Shown piece after piece: positions 30,882 to 32,000 of a stretch of 32,000 nucleotides of DNA. Positions within the stretch are counted from its first letter, which is position 1. The number at the start of each line of letters is the position of its first letter. The position numbers and the translations under genes were made by a program. A model generated the notes under the pieces. That model saw nothing but the letters and a program-made list of their open reading frames with translations, searched no databases and was not told the origin of the DNA. Source of the DNA: Mycobacterium leprae TN (GTDB lineage: Bacteria; Actinomycetota; Actinomycetes; Mycobacteriales; Mycobacteriaceae); contig NC_002677.1 of NCBI RefSeq assembly GCF_000195855.1, positions 810,001-842,000 of the forward strand. The letters are read 5' to 3'.

Positions 30882-32000
30882 TTATTCGAGTCGTAGCCGC
30901 GATTCCACGAACTGTTCCAACTTCTCCCATTCCCGTACCGCCGCAGAATACGGGGCGACCGGCTTGTCAACCGCGCTGGGACTCAACACATGGGCCACCA
31001 GCTTGCCCAGCGGACGATTCGTTTCCAGCGCCGTGTCTACGGCGCTTTCCTCGGAGTACTGGCCGATATCGCGGAGCAGCTCGACAGCCAGGTCCAGCTG
31101 GTCACGGTCCACGGCGTCCGGCCCATCAGCCAGATCGTCGCTTAACCCGCTGAGAACGTAGATGTTGTCGTCGGTGATGTCGATTGCCAGCGAGCCGTCC
31201 GTGGCGGCGGTACGGATGTCGTCGTAGGTGCTCAGATAGGACAAGTCATGGTCGTGCTCGTCTGCTAGGTAGCGGGCCAGCGCCCGCTCCGAGCTGAATA
31301 CGCTGATCCGACCGTTGCGGCCCAGGAAAATTGGATGATCGTCCAGGTAGCAGCGCAGTGTGTAGAAAGTGCCGGCCCCCGTCATGATCCGGACCGGGTC
31401 GATACCCACCTGTAGCCAAAAGTCTTTGTCGCTGCCCAGCACGACGGTGTCGCCGGCCGTACGGCTTTCGTCTTCGGTGTCGTCAGAGTTGTTTGCCTGA
31501 GCGGTCGCGCTATCGGCACCATCCTCGTCATCCGGCTCTACCTCCGGCTCTACGGGCTCCTCGGCTAGTTCGTCGGCGGCTTTGGCCGACATCGCAGCGT
31601 TGACCCTTGGGGTGCTGATGACCTTGTCAATCGCGCTCAGCACGTCATCCCAGCTTCGCCCGATGATTTCGGCGATCGAATTCCAGCGTCTCTGGCCGGC
31701 TCTACCGGTGAAATGCTCGATTCCGCCTGACACCGCGCCTAGGCTAGGATTGCCATTGAAGAATTTCGACACTGCGGGTAACTCACACACCGAACCGATG
31801 GACGCCACGATCGCCAGCGTTGCTGCCAGCGTGGTCACCGACTCGGCGGTCGGCTTCTCGGCGACCAACTCCTCGACAACGACCAGATCGAACTGATTGT
31901 CCTCGCTAGGATCGAGCTTGTGTGCGTGAACGGAAGTCAGGTCTTTCCACGCGGGGTGGTCGACCAGATCGTTGTCGGAGTCGGTGCGCACAAATGCGAC
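30882..32000 (-). CDS. Conserved mycobacterial protein (Rv3311-like), possibly extending past the right edge
   Basis: 369-aa ORF from 31991 with an acidic linker. The frame is still open at the window edge (VAFVRTDSDNDLV...), so the true start may lie outside the window. Confidence 0.8.
   Translation of the reverse strand, partial: VAFVRTDSDNDLVDHPAWKDLTSVHAHKLDPSEDNQFDLVVVEELVAEKPTAESVTTLAATLAIVASIGSVCELPAVSKFFNGNPSLGAVSGGIEHFTGRAGQRRWNSIAEIIGRSWDDVLSAIDKVISTPRVNAAMSAKAADELAEEPVEPEVEPDDEDGADSATAQANNSDDTEDESRTAGDTVVLGSDKDFWLQVGIDPVRIMTGAGTFYTLRCYLDDHPIFLGRNGRISVFSSERALARYLADEHDHDLSYLSTYDDIRTAATDGSLAIDITDDNIYVLSGLSDDLADGPDAVDRDQLDLAVELLRDIGQYSEESAVDTALETNRPLGKLVAHVLSPSAVDKPVAPYSAAVREWEKLEQFVESRLRLE

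Overview
This window looks like a Mycobacterium leprae-type chromosome segment (inference from protein similarity recalled from memory, gene order and the density of degraded genes). It is roughly collinear with, and inverted relative to, the M. tuberculosis Rv3359-Rv3311 region. Intact genes I can support are folD, a DUF3017-type membrane protein, a DUF732-like secreted protein, metX, an alpha/beta hydrolase, trpS, a YihY/BrkB-type membrane protein, dacB1, sdhB, sdhA, sdhD, sdhC, add, and an Rv3311-like protein that may run off the right edge. Between them are about 14 pseudogenes: an OYE-type oxidoreductase, an FAD-linked oxidoreductase, an IS110-family transposase, a 13E12/DUF222-HNH protein, an Rv3342-like methyltransferase, metY, icd1, nagA, a SIS-domain sugar isomerase, sugI, an Rv3329-like aminotransferase, sigJ, a carboxymuconolactone decarboxylase-like protein, an LLM-class flavin oxidoreductase, and an Rv1481-like VWFA membrane protein. 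The strongest non-coding signal is a very well preserved 119-nt SAM-IV riboswitch aptamer on the minus strand (9703..9821). It lies upstream of a wrecked metY and an intact metX. Other observations are an 18-bp in-frame duplication at the 3' end of sdhC, a 24-bp tandem repeat, and an amino-sugar catabolic cluster in which every member is degraded. I found no CRISPR array, tRNA, rRNA, defence island or convincing new multi-gene system. The window is best explained by reductive genome decay.
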